A stretch of 32,808 nt of DNA. Source: a virus (Duplodnaviria > Caudoviricetes). Shown piece after piece: positions 1 to 8,040 of the stretch (within the stretch, counting starts at the first letter, position 1; every line of letters begins with the position of its first letter). Position numbers and translations under genes: made by a program. The notes under the pieces were generated by a model. The model was not told the origin of the DNA. It saw only the letters and a program-made list of their open reading frames with translations, and did no database searches. The stretch spans positions 1-32,808 of IMG/VR virus record IMGVR_UViG_3300036815_000072; one strand, 5' to 3'.

Positions 1-918
1 GGCCATTTCGGTTCCGTTGATGACCAGTTCAGTCATCGTGCCGTTGTAAATGAGAAGAGTTGCGGTGCCGTTCCGGTGAGGATCGACAACCAGGCCAGTC
101 CCGTTGTAAACGAGAAGTGCGGCAGACCCGTTGTACTGAAGCGTGACGCCAGTCCCGTTGAATGCCGAGATCTGCGCTGTGCCGTTGACGTTTGTCTCAG
201 TGAGCGTCCCGCCAATGCACAGCGGAGGGTGCGTGAAGGGCGCAACGCCAATCAGGCGCTTCAGGAAGAATTTGCCACGCGCGGTGCGGAATGCCACGCC
301 TCGCTGAATCCGCGGAATGCGTGCCACAACCGGATGAGGCGTGACGGTGACGACAGTAACCGGGGTCGGCTGGTACCTGCCACGGCGCAGCCACGGGAGG
401 AACCTTGGCGCATTGTGACGGATCGGCACCGGCACCGTAGCGGGAGCAGTCGCCACGGTGACCGTGACCACCTGGGCCAGGAACTTGCCCCGCCGCGCGA
501 ACGGCAGCCGGATCGGATCGTGCCCGAACTGGACGCCGATGCGGACCTGGGCGCCAGATGGGGCCTGCCCAATCAGGCCGCGCCTGAAGGGCGCTAGGCG
601 TCCCCTGGTGCGTGCTGTGATGCTCTGCGGTGCGGGGGCCTGGACCGTGACCACCACGGCCACAGGGACCGGCTGGGCGATCCGGCCGCGCCTCGGCAGA
701 GGCAGGAACCTGGGAGCGTTATGGCTGACCGGACGGCTAGGCGGCGGCGGCGGGGTGACAATCACCGTCACCAGGACGGGCGGCGCAATGCTGCCCCTGC
801 GTGCCAGCGGGAGAATCGCCCTGCGGCGCGCTACGGGTACACGGACGAGTACGACAACCGGGGGCGGTACCGGCTGGAACTGCCCACGGCGAAAGGGTAT
901 GTTACGCCAACGCCGCAT
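1..918 (-). CDS. Arg/Pro/Val-rich repeat protein, probably virion-associated (3' end runs off the window; absent from the ORF track)
   Basis: Manual translation: ATG at 918 after GGAAGG RBS (928-933), open for 306 codons to the window edge (MRRWRNIPFRRGQF...NGTEMA); colinear with the upstream minus-strand genes. Confidence 0.75.
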   Translation of the reverse strand, partial: MRRWRNIPFRRGQFQPVPPPVVVLVRVPVARRRAILPLARRGSIAPPVLVTVIVTPPPPPSRPVSHNAPRFLPLPRRGRIAQPVPVAVVVTVQAPAPQSITARTRGRLAPFRRGLIGQAPSGAQVRIGVQFGHDPIRLPFARRGKFLAQVVTVTVATAPATVPVPIRHNAPRFLPWLRRGRYQPTPVTVVTVTPHPVVARIPRIQRGVAFRTARGKFFLKRLIGVAPFTHPPLCIGGTLTETNVNGTAQISAFNGTGVTLQYNGSAALLVYNGTGLVVDPHRNGTATLLIYNGTMTELVINGTEMA

Positions 919-938
919 TGGCAGTTACCTTCCGGGGA

Positions 939-1409
939 TTACTCTTCCCACTCCACGGACAGTGAGATCTGATGCCCAGCGGGCAGGGCAACCAAACGGT
1001 TAGCGAACGCAATGCCCAGCGACGTAGAGCCACCGATGCGCCACTCTTCCAGCAATTCCCAGGGAAGATCTGCGCCACTCTGGGTATTGAACGACACCGA
1101 AAAGGCGTCGGCCGCAGTCGCGCCCAGCGTGGGAGGGGTACCAAAGACGGATACCAGGCTCACCGCGTTTGCCGCCGAGCTAGGGTCAAGCTTGTTGGTC
1201 GTGGCCGCAGTTGGCGTAGCCGCTGCCCCCGTGGTCACATTGAATCCGACGCGGACCTGCTGAGAAGTCGGCACAACCGCCGTGGTGGTAGAGACGCCAA
1301 GAGTAACCCGGCGCAACCTGGCAACAGTGGCCACATAACCAAACCAGCCAAAGCCAGTGTCGGCGGCGATGGCCGCAGACGAGAGAAGCTGAGCGTTGTA
1401 ACGCGCCAT
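939..1409 (-). CDS. hypothetical virion/accessory structural protein
   Basis: 156 aa, Ala/Thr/Val-rich beta-type sequence; AAGGAA RBS; tightly packed operon. Confidence 0.65.
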   Translation of the reverse strand: MARYNAQLLSSAAIAADTGFGWFGYVATVARLRRVTLGVSTTTAVVPTSQQVRVGFNVTTGAAATPTAATTNKLDPSSAANAVSLVSVFGTPPTLGATAADAFSVSFNTQSGADLPWELLEEWRIGGSTSLGIAFANRLVALPAGHQISLSVEWEE

Positions 1410-1427
1410 GCCGGGATTCCTTTTACC

Positions 1428-2069
1428 TTAGAAGAAACTACCGTATTGACCGATGATGTACGGTGAATTGTCTTGCGACGGAACAATTACCGGTGGAGTT
1501 CCCGGCAAAATAAGCTGCTGCTTGCGCCGCATGCGGCGGTTATACTGAGGGCTTCCGACCTGCGGCACGGGCATGCCCGAAAAAGGGAACGACGTTGGCG
1601 GGCCAAAATAGATCTCATCGAAGAACACCACCTGGCTGGCCGCCGTTGCGGTGAAGCCGGGATAGACCCGGGCCAGGGTGGTGGAGGCGGGCGCGGTGCC
1701 TTGCAGGCTGATCCAGGTCCAGGTGTTAGCAGCCAGCGGGATGGCCGAGCCGGTATTGGCGGACAGGAATGTGCTGCCGTTGTACCAGTCCCAGGTGGGG
1801 GTGATGCTCAGCCCGGCCGTGGTGGTGTAGACCGCATAGAACAACTGGTAGGTCAGGGTGGGGGTGGCCAGCGGGAAAGCCTGGTTGGCCGTGTTGCAGA
1901 TGCCGTTGGCCACGCCCGAGGCCAGCGATGTAATGGCCAGCGAGAAGCCACCCTCACGGGCCTGGGCGGCGGACTGGGCGATGGTGCAGTTGGCCAGCAC
2001 CGACCAGGACGCGGCCGAGGTCTCCATGGACTCGCTGTTGTAGCTGAGTTCATTGCCAGCTATAGCCAT
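1428..2069 (-). CDS. putative minor virion protein with carbohydrate-binding-module-like (CBM4/9-type) domain
   Basis: Pattern N..S.ME.....W.......I.QS..QA.EG..SL..T resembles phage CBM-like modules; Arg-rich C-terminal segment. Confidence 0.55.
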   Translation of the reverse strand: MAIAGNELSYNSESMETSAASWSVLANCTIAQSAAQAREGGFSLAITSLASGVANGICNTANQAFPLATPTLTYQLFYAVYTTTAGLSITPTWDWYNGSTFLSANTGSAIPLAANTWTWISLQGTAPASTTLARVYPGFTATAASQVVFFDEIYFGPPTSFPFSGMPVPQVGSPQYNRRMRRKQQLILPGTPPVIVPSQDNSPYIIGQYGSFF

Positions 2070-2075
2070 GGCGAC

Positions 2076-2660
2076 TCAGTTTTCTAGGTAAATCTTCATA
2101 CCCTGCATATTGATCAGGTTTGAGGCACTGCTAGTACCGCATGCGCAAGACAGCCATAGGTAATATTGGGTACCCCCGGTAACGTCCAGCGTCGAACTTA
2201 CCGAGCTAACGTTATTGGCTGGCATTGAGCCAGAGGCGGGGAACCCTGCGCCGCCCAGCGTCCCCGACGTAGACAGGGAAGACGTTGCGGCATCACTGGC
2301 GATAGTGCGCAGAATTACATCTACGTCAAGCTGCCAAGGGGCCAGGGTGACCGTGCTGGCGGCGGGAGTTGCGCCGGTAGAGCCGAGCAGTAGGCCACCT
2401 GCCGACCAGGCCGCAGTACCCGAAGACAGCAGTCGCAAGCTCATCGTGAAAGTAGGCGCGCTAGTCGTCCCGACCTGACCGTAAGCGCGAATCTTCAGGG
2501 AGGACGACAGCGTGCCCAGCTTGTTAAAGAATGTCGCTGGGATCTGCGGTATCGGGTAGCCACCCATCAAGCTCGCCTCGGTCGTAAACGTGGCAAGCTG
2601 AGTGCCCGCCGCCGAGAAGCTGTAAAACAGCTCTGGCTGCGTCATTGTGTAACCCGACAT
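2076..2660 (-). CDS. hypothetical virion/accessory structural protein
   Basis: 194 aa, Ser/Thr/Gly-rich; GGAAGG RBS at 2665-2670 directly downstream of the tRNA. Confidence 0.65.
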   Translation of the reverse strand: MSGYTMTQPELFYSFSAAGTQLATFTTEASLMGGYPIPQIPATFFNKLGTLSSSLKIRAYGQVGTTSAPTFTMSLRLLSSGTAAWSAGGLLLGSTGATPAASTVTLAPWQLDVDVILRTIASDAATSSLSTSGTLGGAGFPASGSMPANNVSSVSSTLDVTGGTQYYLWLSCACGTSSASNLINMQGMKIYLEN

Positions 2661-2679
2661 ACGGCCTTCCTGCTTTCCC

Positions 2680-2757
2680 TGGATGCGGGGACGGGATTTG
2701 AACCCGTGACCTTCTGCTTATGAGGCAGACACGCTAACCGAGCTGCGCCACCCCGCA
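2680..2757 (-). tRNA. tRNA with CAU anticodon (elongator Met or Ile2), CCA encoded
   Basis: Folds fully: TGCGGGG/CCCCGCA acceptor stem, GCGC/GCGT D stem, TCTGC-CTCATAA-GCAGA anticodon arm, ACGGG-TTCAAAT-CCCGT T arm, T discriminator, CCA; 78 nt. Confidence 0.93.
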
Positions 2758-2760
2758 ATG

Positions 2761-2800
2761 AACCCTGAGCGGGAGTAGTACACTCCCGCCCAGGGTTTTT
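2761..2800. terminator. 16-bp hairpin immediately 5' of the tRNA (terminator, attenuator or processing signal)
   Basis: AACCCTGAGCGGGAGT-agtac-ACTCCCGCCCAGGGTT; the single mismatch is a G-U wobble on the minus strand; T run follows on the plus strand. Confidence 0.6.
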
Positions 2801-3241
2801 CACAGGCCGTGGTCTCAGCTCGCCAGCTACCGGCACTGCTTCCCGTGGCGACGGGGGGCGCTGGCCACGCACGGCTGCCAACTCTCTGGCGATTGGTTCC
2901 AGCCAGAGCTTGAGGCGGACGAAAGTATCAACGGACATGGCCCCGTAGCCGACGAGAAGTGGGCGAACCGGGTCACCAAGCAGATATCAACGCGATCTGT
3001 GTTCCGCCTCGCGCGCATACGCGCGTTGTACTGTATAGGTGCCTCCATGCGGAGGCACTTGTTAAAAGCTCTTACTATCAGTCTAAAAAAATAAATCCCA
3101 AAAAATACCATCACCAGTGGTCACCTTCCGCCTTACGGCTCCGGTGACCCGGCCTGACCTGCACAGACAGTCAGAAAAAAAAGTTTTACCTGTTCCCATT
3201 CCACCGCCATTGCAAAACAGGAAGACCTGCGCTCTAGGTGC

Positions 3242-3280
3242 TCTACATAGCTCTACATTTCGTGTACCATCACCTAGACT
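3242..3280 (+). promoter_or_regulatory. two staggered sigma70-like promoters for the early operon
   Basis: TCTACA(3242)-17-TACCAT(3265) and TCTACA(3252)-17-TAGACT(3275). Confidence 0.45.
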
Positions 3281-3310
3281 GGAAGCACCGGCCCATTCGG
3301 GCGCTTTTCC

Positions 3311-3325
3311 TGTCAACTTCCAAGT
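3311..3325 (+). promoter_or_regulatory. repressor operator/stoperator-like site TGTCAACTTCCAAGT
   Basis: Exact 15-mer also present at 14848-14862 and 21093-21107 (reverse strand); lies 8 bp before the helicase ATG. Confidence 0.75.
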
Positions 3326-3333
3326 GGGGGTCC

Positions 3334-4161
3334 ATGTACGCTATCCGTAAGTTTGCTGGCAGGACGGGCGGCATAGGCACCGCACTTCCTGACCCATTCG
3401 GCATGATGGGCCAGTCGCGGGTCAAGTTCCGCCTGGGCGGCACTAGCATGATTGCTGGCGCACCCGGCTCGTTCAAATCGGTCTTCGCGCTCAATCTGCT
3501 CACGAAGTGGGCAGAGACGAACTCCATCCTGTACTTCAGCTTTGACTCCGATGAGTTCACCGTGGCGAAGCGCCTGAGCGCGATCCTGACCGATGACGAC
3601 ACGGACACCGTTGAGCGTGACCTCACCAGGAACGGGCGCTACACCGCAGCTCTGGCCCGGGTCAACTCCGCGAGCTTCGTCTACCGGAATTTTGACCTGA
3701 GCGGCATAGAGCACCACCTTGGCGCCTTTGAGGCGGTACACGGCGCATACCCGGACATCGTATTCGTTGACAACCTGATCAACACCGTTGATGACCCAAC
3801 GGACTGGGGTGGCATGATCAATGTCACCAAGCAACTGGACATCCTTGCGCGTGAGACGCGCTCCCATGTCTGTGTGCTCCACCACGCCTCGGAATCCTGG
3901 GCGCAGTACAACCCGGGAATGCCGCCGCCTTCGTGGGCAATCCAGGGCAAGGTGAACCAGATTCCGCGGCTGGTGCTCACGCTGGCCTGCCAGGGCAATT
4001 TGCTCCGCGTGGCCTGTACCAAGAACACCAACGGTCCCCAGTCCCCGAACGCCAGCGATTACATGTCGTTTACAGTCCAGCCGAGCCTGAGAGTGGACCC
4101 CTTTGAATACACAGGAGCCAGTCAGTATCAAGGTGCCAAAGAAACGGTGCCGCATCTGTAA
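3334..4161 (+). CDS. DnaB/RecA-like AAA helicase
   Basis: Walker A GAPGSFKS, Walker B IVFVDNL, VCVLHHASE, KNTNGP; similar to cluster A phage DnaB-like proteins. Start placed at ATG 3334. Confidence 0.85.
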   Translation: MYAIRKFAGRTGGIGTALPDPFGMMGQSRVKFRLGGTSMIAGAPGSFKSVFALNLLTKWAETNSILYFSFDSDEFTVAKRLSAILTDDDTDTVERDLTRNGRYTAALARVNSASFVYRNFDLSGIEHHLGAFEAVHGAYPDIVFVDNLINTVDDPTDWGGMINVTKQLDILARETRSHVCVLHHASESWAQYNPGMPPPSWAIQGKVNQIPRLVLTLACQGNLLRVACTKNTNGPQSPNASDYMSFTVQPSLRVDPFEYTGASQYQGAKETVPHL

Positions 4162-4255
4162 AGACGAGATCGTACCCGATGGTTACGGCGACTGGGTACA
4201 CGCGGACCTGTACTACATGTGTGCTGGCAAAGAAGGCGAGGTAGCAACACCATGA
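4133..4255 (+). CDS. small Cys-containing hypothetical protein (40 aa)
   Basis: Manual translation MPKKRCRICKDEIVPDGYGDWVHADLYYMCAGKEGEVATP; stop overlaps the next ATG (ATGA). Confidence 0.5.
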   Translation: MPKKRCRICKDEIVPDGYGDWVHADLYYMCAGKEGEVATP

Positions 4256-4575
4256 GTGTAGTCATAATCGCGGACTCCGAGATTGACGCAAACCGGCGCA
4301 AGTTCATCGCCGCCCTGCGGTCGGGGAGGTACACCAAGATCCGGGGCATGTATTTCGGGGACGATCCCTTTGCGTGCTGCGCGGCCGGTGTTGCGGCGCG
4401 GGAGTTGGGCGTTGTCTGGGATGGCATCACCCTGACTTCCGTCGCCGTTTGCACAAAGCTGGACATTCCACCGTTTGGACTGCTCATCAATGACATACTT
4501 CGCTGGAATGATGAGGATGACCTGCCTTTCGCAGAGATCGCAGATCGCCTTGAAACTGAATGGGGTCTTGCGTGA
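4252..4575 (+). CDS. hypothetical phage protein
   Basis: IAALRSGRY...CCAAGVA...WNDE...FAEIADRLE pattern common in phage proteins; coupled start/stop overlaps. Confidence 0.7.
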   Translation: MSVVIIADSEIDANRRKFIAALRSGRYTKIRGMYFGDDPFACCAAGVAARELGVVWDGITLTSVAVCTKLDIPPFGLLINDILRWNDEDDLPFAEIADRLETEWGLA

Positions 4576-5387
4576 CGGACCCGGAACTGTCGTTTCCCAC
4601 CGACAACGGGCGCTACTACAAGCACCCCACGAAGCCAGCATCGGTGCCGAGTGTCACCAACATCCTGCGCCAGAAGAACAAACCGGCAATCGCTGGCTCG
4701 CAAATCCGCAAGGCGGCTGAATACGCGACAGACAACCGCGAGAAGCTTGCAGCGCTCACCCGGGACGAGGCCGTAAGGCTCATCAAGGGCACGCAGTACC
4801 AGGCAAGCCCAGAAGCCAGGATCGGGGATATCGTCCATGCCTGGGTAGATCACTTCATCAAGACGGGAGAGCACCCTAAAGATGCACCGCCTATTGAGCT
4901 GAAGCATGGTGAGCAAGTCGCCTTCACGACTGCGCCACTGACGGCGCGGCGCATGTGGCTCTCATTCGTGAAGTTCTGTGAGGTGCGCAAGCCCACTTTC
5001 ACCGCGGCCGAGTTCACCGTCTGGTCCTATACGCACGGCTACGCGGGGACTGCCGACTGGTCGGCCGTCATCAGTGACATGCTCGTCCTGGCCGACACCA
5101 AGACAGGCAAGGGCGTTTACGGCGAAGCCGCCTTGCAGCTCGCGGCGCTCAGCAAGGCCGATGTGATGCTCACAACGCAGGGCATAGAGACCGAGCTGCC
5201 CAAGTATGACCGCGTTGCGGTGCTGCACTTGCGGCCGACCTTTCACACGCTTGTCCCTATTGACAAACTCGACTCCTGCCTTAAGGCGTTCCTCGGCTTG
5301 AAGGCGATGTTTGACCATGAAGTGGAGAACGGAGACAAAGTGCTCATGTACTCACCAAAGATCGAAACAGATTACCGGGGAGCCTGA
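4572..5387 (+). CDS. PD-(D/E)xK (Cas4/RecB-like) exonuclease
   Basis: VPSVTNIL, G..VH, YAGTAD...LADTKTGK, ALQLAAL motifs; GTGA overlap start. Confidence 0.8.
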   Translation: MTDPELSFPTDNGRYYKHPTKPASVPSVTNILRQKNKPAIAGSQIRKAAEYATDNREKLAALTRDEAVRLIKGTQYQASPEARIGDIVHAWVDHFIKTGEHPKDAPPIELKHGEQVAFTTAPLTARRMWLSFVKFCEVRKPTFTAAEFTVWSYTHGYAGTADWSAVISDMLVLADTKTGKGVYGEAALQLAALSKADVMLTTQGIETELPKYDRVAVLHLRPTFHTLVPIDKLDSCLKAFLGLKAMFDHEVENGDKVLMYSPKIETDYRGA

Positions 5388-5388
5388 C

Positions 5389-5814
5389 GTGGCCGCACTG
5401 ATTGCCGTTGACGTAAATGAAGAGTTCATCACCAGGCTTGCCGAAGCCATCGCTAAGGCAAATCTAAGGGCCGGGGGAGTGCTACCCAGTACCGATATAC
5501 CCCCGGGCGCCGCAAACGGCTCCCAGTCCCTACAGGGAGGGTCTGAACCGGCATTCCAGGGAGACCCCTGGGCCGGTACCGACACGCAGCCCACGCAGCC
5601 GCCCGCGGCGCCTACTGGCACCACGACAATCCAGGGCAAGAACGGCCCAATTCAGGTCACCTTCGCCGCTGGCCCCACGTGCACCTGCGGAGTCCAGTCA
5701 GCGCTTTACACGGGCTGGACGAACGGGAAGCAGTGGCGTGCGTACCGCTGCGCCAAGGGAGCTGGGCCGGGCGATACCTGGAAGAGCAAGTGCGACTTCT
5801 CGCAGTGGGCATGA
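5389..5814 (+). CDS. protein with C-terminal GRF-like zinc ribbon
   Basis: PTCTCG...G..NGKQWRAYRC...CDFSQWA; Pro/Gln-rich linker. Confidence 0.65.
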   Translation: MAALIAVDVNEEFITRLAEAIAKANLRAGGVLPSTDIPPGAANGSQSLQGGSEPAFQGDPWAGTDTQPTQPPAAPTGTTTIQGKNGPIQVTFAAGPTCTCGVQSALYTGWTNGKQWRAYRCAKGAGPGDTWKSKCDFSQWA

Positions 5815-5815
5815 C

Positions 5816-5962
5816 GTGCTGACCATCCTTGGCGTGCCGTGCAAAGAGCGCGATCCGGAAGAGCGCATAGAACCCGTGAGGACGATTCTCGGGGTGCCAG
5901 TCACACCAACCTCTCCTGTAACACAAGACCTCAAAAACCGGCAGGGCGCGGAAAGGATTTGA
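5816..5962 (+). CDS. small hypothetical protein
   Basis: Fills the operon gap; internal repeat TILGVP twice. Confidence 0.45.
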   Translation: MLTILGVPCKERDPEERIEPVRTILGVPVTPTSPVTQDLKNRQGAERI

Positions 5963-6202
5963 ATGGTGAAGAGACCCTTCAAGGTGGGTGATCGTGTATA
6001 TCTGCGGCTCAGCCCTGAGAACGTGGGCACCGTAGCGAAGACGACGCCTGATTGCTTCGTGGTGGTCTATGACGAGTTGTTTGACAAGCGCCAGAACGGC
6101 GCTCCCCGTTCACGGTGGTCCTACCTCTGGACTACTTCCCCAAGGTTCGCTCTTGGCGAACCGCCAGCACCCAAACCATCCGTCAAGGAAGAGGCAGCGT
6201 AA
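5963..6202 (+). CDS. hypothetical protein (KOW/SH3-like)
   Basis: FKVGDRVYL...GTV; AAAGGA RBS. Confidence 0.65.
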   Translation: MVKRPFKVGDRVYLRLSPENVGTVAKTTPDCFVVVYDELFDKRQNGAPRSRWSYLWTTSPRFALGEPPAPKPSVKEEAA

Positions 6203-6528
6203 TGGCCAGAGCACGCAAGGTTGAGGAAAGCATCGTCCAGCGCACCAAGGTCAACCGTATTCAGCTCACCCTGACCGAGGGTGAAGCGGATTTCCTGCTG
6301 GCAGTCCTGTCCAAGATCGGCGGTAGTCCGGTGAAGAGTCCGCGCAAGTACCAGGAGCGCATCAGTAAGGCGCTCACCGACGCCACCGGCCTGAACTTCA
6401 CGGATACGGACGCTTACGCGCTGGCCCATGGTGGTCTCATGATGGACAGCTACCCCGACACGGCGAACGGTACTCATCAGAGCCTTCGTTCCCTCACAGG
6501 GACCTATCTTGACCCCGTTTATGCCTAA
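6202..6528 (+). CDS. hypothetical protein
   Basis: TAATG overlap start; MARARKVEE... Confidence 0.65.
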   Translation: MARARKVEESIVQRTKVNRIQLTLTEGEADFLLAVLSKIGGSPVKSPRKYQERISKALTDATGLNFTDTDAYALAHGGLMMDSYPDTANGTHQSLRSLTGTYLDPVYA

Positions 6529-6530
6529 CC

Positions 6531-6959
6531 ATGCCTCACCCTAACGCGGACAAGGGCGCACGCTGGGAGCGTTGGTGCTCAGCGCTTCTCAGCGTGGCCC
6601 GCACCCTTAGCAAGGGCAAGCACGATGACAGGGGAGACCTTGAAGACCCCTGCTTTGTGTATGAGTGCAAAGACGATGCCAGCAGGTCCCCTATGCAGTG
6701 GTGGGAGCAAGCCGAGGCAGCCCGGCTCCGCACCGGCAAGCCGTATGCGGTAGTCCTGGCCAAGGCCCGCATGCCAAAGCCGGGCCAGCCCAGGGGATGG
6801 GCACAGATGTCCATAGAGCAGTGGCAGGAATTGCGCGAGTACATCGGAGACCTAGAGGCTGCATGCCGGATGTATGGCGTTCATGCATTCCTGGGAAACG
6901 ACGGCAGGATGCATCTAGCCGGGACCGGGGCAATTCTAGAAGGTGACGATGCCCAATGA
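6531..6959 (+). CDS. Holliday junction resolvase (PD-(D/E)xK type)
   Basis: NADKGARWER, DDRGDL, YECKD, WWEQAEA motifs typical of actinophage resolvases. Confidence 0.7.
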   Translation: MPHPNADKGARWERWCSALLSVARTLSKGKHDDRGDLEDPCFVYECKDDASRSPMQWWEQAEAARLRTGKPYAVVLAKARMPKPGQPRGWAQMSIEQWQELREYIGDLEAACRMYGVHAFLGNDGRMHLAGTGAILEGDDAQ

Positions 6960-7299
6960 CAAATCAGAGGCGAAGGTTCAGCTCACGATATCTGCGGTTC
7001 TGGACTATTACGGCGGGGACACGTCGCGGTGCCGTGGCCGCGGTTGGGCCACTATTCGGTGTTGCTTTCATGATGATCGTCACCCGTCAGCGCGCGTCAA
7101 TCTCGTTCTCAATGCGTTCTGGTGCCCTGCCTGCGGTATGAAAGGCGATGCGATCGGGATAGTAATGCAGCAAGAGCGAATGGACTTTAGGGAGGCGTGT
7201 GTCTTCGCGCAAGACGTACTTGGCGCTAGCGGCCAGAACCTACGCCGACCAGATGCGAGACCCGAACGTAAGCGCTGGCGCAATAGCCTATTTGACTGA
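6949..7299 (+). CDS. DNA primase CHC2 zinc-binding domain (split primase, part 1)
   Basis: CCFHDDRHPSA...FWCPACGMKGDAI...FREA. Confidence 0.85.
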   Translation: MPNDKSEAKVQLTISAVLDYYGGDTSRCRGRGWATIRCCFHDDRHPSARVNLVLNAFWCPACGMKGDAIGIVMQQERMDFREACVFAQDVLGASGQNLRRPDARPERKRWRNSLFD

Positions 7300-7846
7300 G
7301 CATGGGATTGGCGAGTATGCGATTGCTAGTAAGTATCGACTGGGATATGTTGCTGAGCCCCTTCCGGGCGATGAGCGTTTCCTTGGAACCCTCGCAATAC
7401 CATACTTGTCCCGAACAGGACCCGTCGCTATCAAATTCCGCAGACTTGGAGATAGCGGACCAAAGTACGGACAGCACAACGGACAGAAGAGTCGGCTTTA
7501 CAATGCCCCTGCCTATTTCGATGCCGACCAAACCATTGGGATCTGCGAGGGAGAGATAGATGCAATTGTGGCGACAGAGCGACTGGGAATTCCCACAATG
7601 GGGATTCCGGGTGTCGATACATGGTCAAAGATGGCTTCAGTTTGGGGTCCGGTCTTCAAGGACTTCAGAAGGGTCCTCGTATTTGCTGATGGTGACGAGC
7701 CCGGAAAGCGTCTGGCTGGCGACGTGGCCGAGTCTCTTGGCTGGCGTGCGCGCATTGTTCAGTGCGATGCGGGGGAAGATGTCGCATCTACGGTCGCGGC
7801 GGGCAATGCGGAGGTACTACGCAAACTCACGATGGAGGTAAGGTAA
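7199..7846 (+). CDS. DNA primase TOPRIM domain (split primase, part 2)
   Basis: YRLGYV, LAIPY, ICEGEIDAI, GIPG, FADGDEPG, GEDV. Confidence 0.88.
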   Translation: MSSRKTYLALAARTYADQMRDPNVSAGAIAYLTEHGIGEYAIASKYRLGYVAEPLPGDERFLGTLAIPYLSRTGPVAIKFRRLGDSGPKYGQHNGQKSRLYNAPAYFDADQTIGICEGEIDAIVATERLGIPTMGIPGVDTWSKMASVWGPVFKDFRRVLVFADGDEPGKRLAGDVAESLGWRARIVQCDAGEDVASTVAAGNAEVLRKLTMEVR

Positions 7847-8040
7847 TGGCTATCAAGATTGCTGGCCGGGATGTCACCGACAACTGGATTGATTTTGCGG
7901 TGCGGTATCCCGATGGTGAAATCATGATCGTGGAATCCGAAGAGGATGCCGACGCTATTATCCGCCTCGCGGAAGTGGTGGGAGTCAGGTACGGGAAGAT
8001 GCGGCGAGAGGTCTTCGTCACTGACTGGGAGCCCGTGTGA
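7846..8040 (+). CDS. hypothetical protein
   Basis: TAATG overlap, GGAGG RBS; MAIKIAGRD... Confidence 0.6.
   Translation: MAIKIAGRDVTDNWIDFAVRYPDGEIMIVESEEDADAIIRLAEVVGVRYGKMRREVFVTDWEPV

Noticed and set aside
76-1466. Plus-strand ORFs 76..597, 458..1003 and 972..1466
   Set aside because: Antisense shadows of minus-strand genes that have RBSs, operon packing and coherent repeat structure.
2680-2757. tRNA as a prophage attachment site
   Set aside because: The integrase is a serine type with an intact attP elsewhere, and phage genes flank the tRNA on both sides.
2642-2938. 98-aa minus-strand ORF
   Set aside because: Reads through the entire tRNA and hairpin; no recognisable motif.
4572-5387. 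Cas4-like nuclease as a sign of CRISPR
   Set aside because: No repeat-spacer array or other cas genes; stand-alone PD-(D/E)xK nucleases are routine in actinophages.
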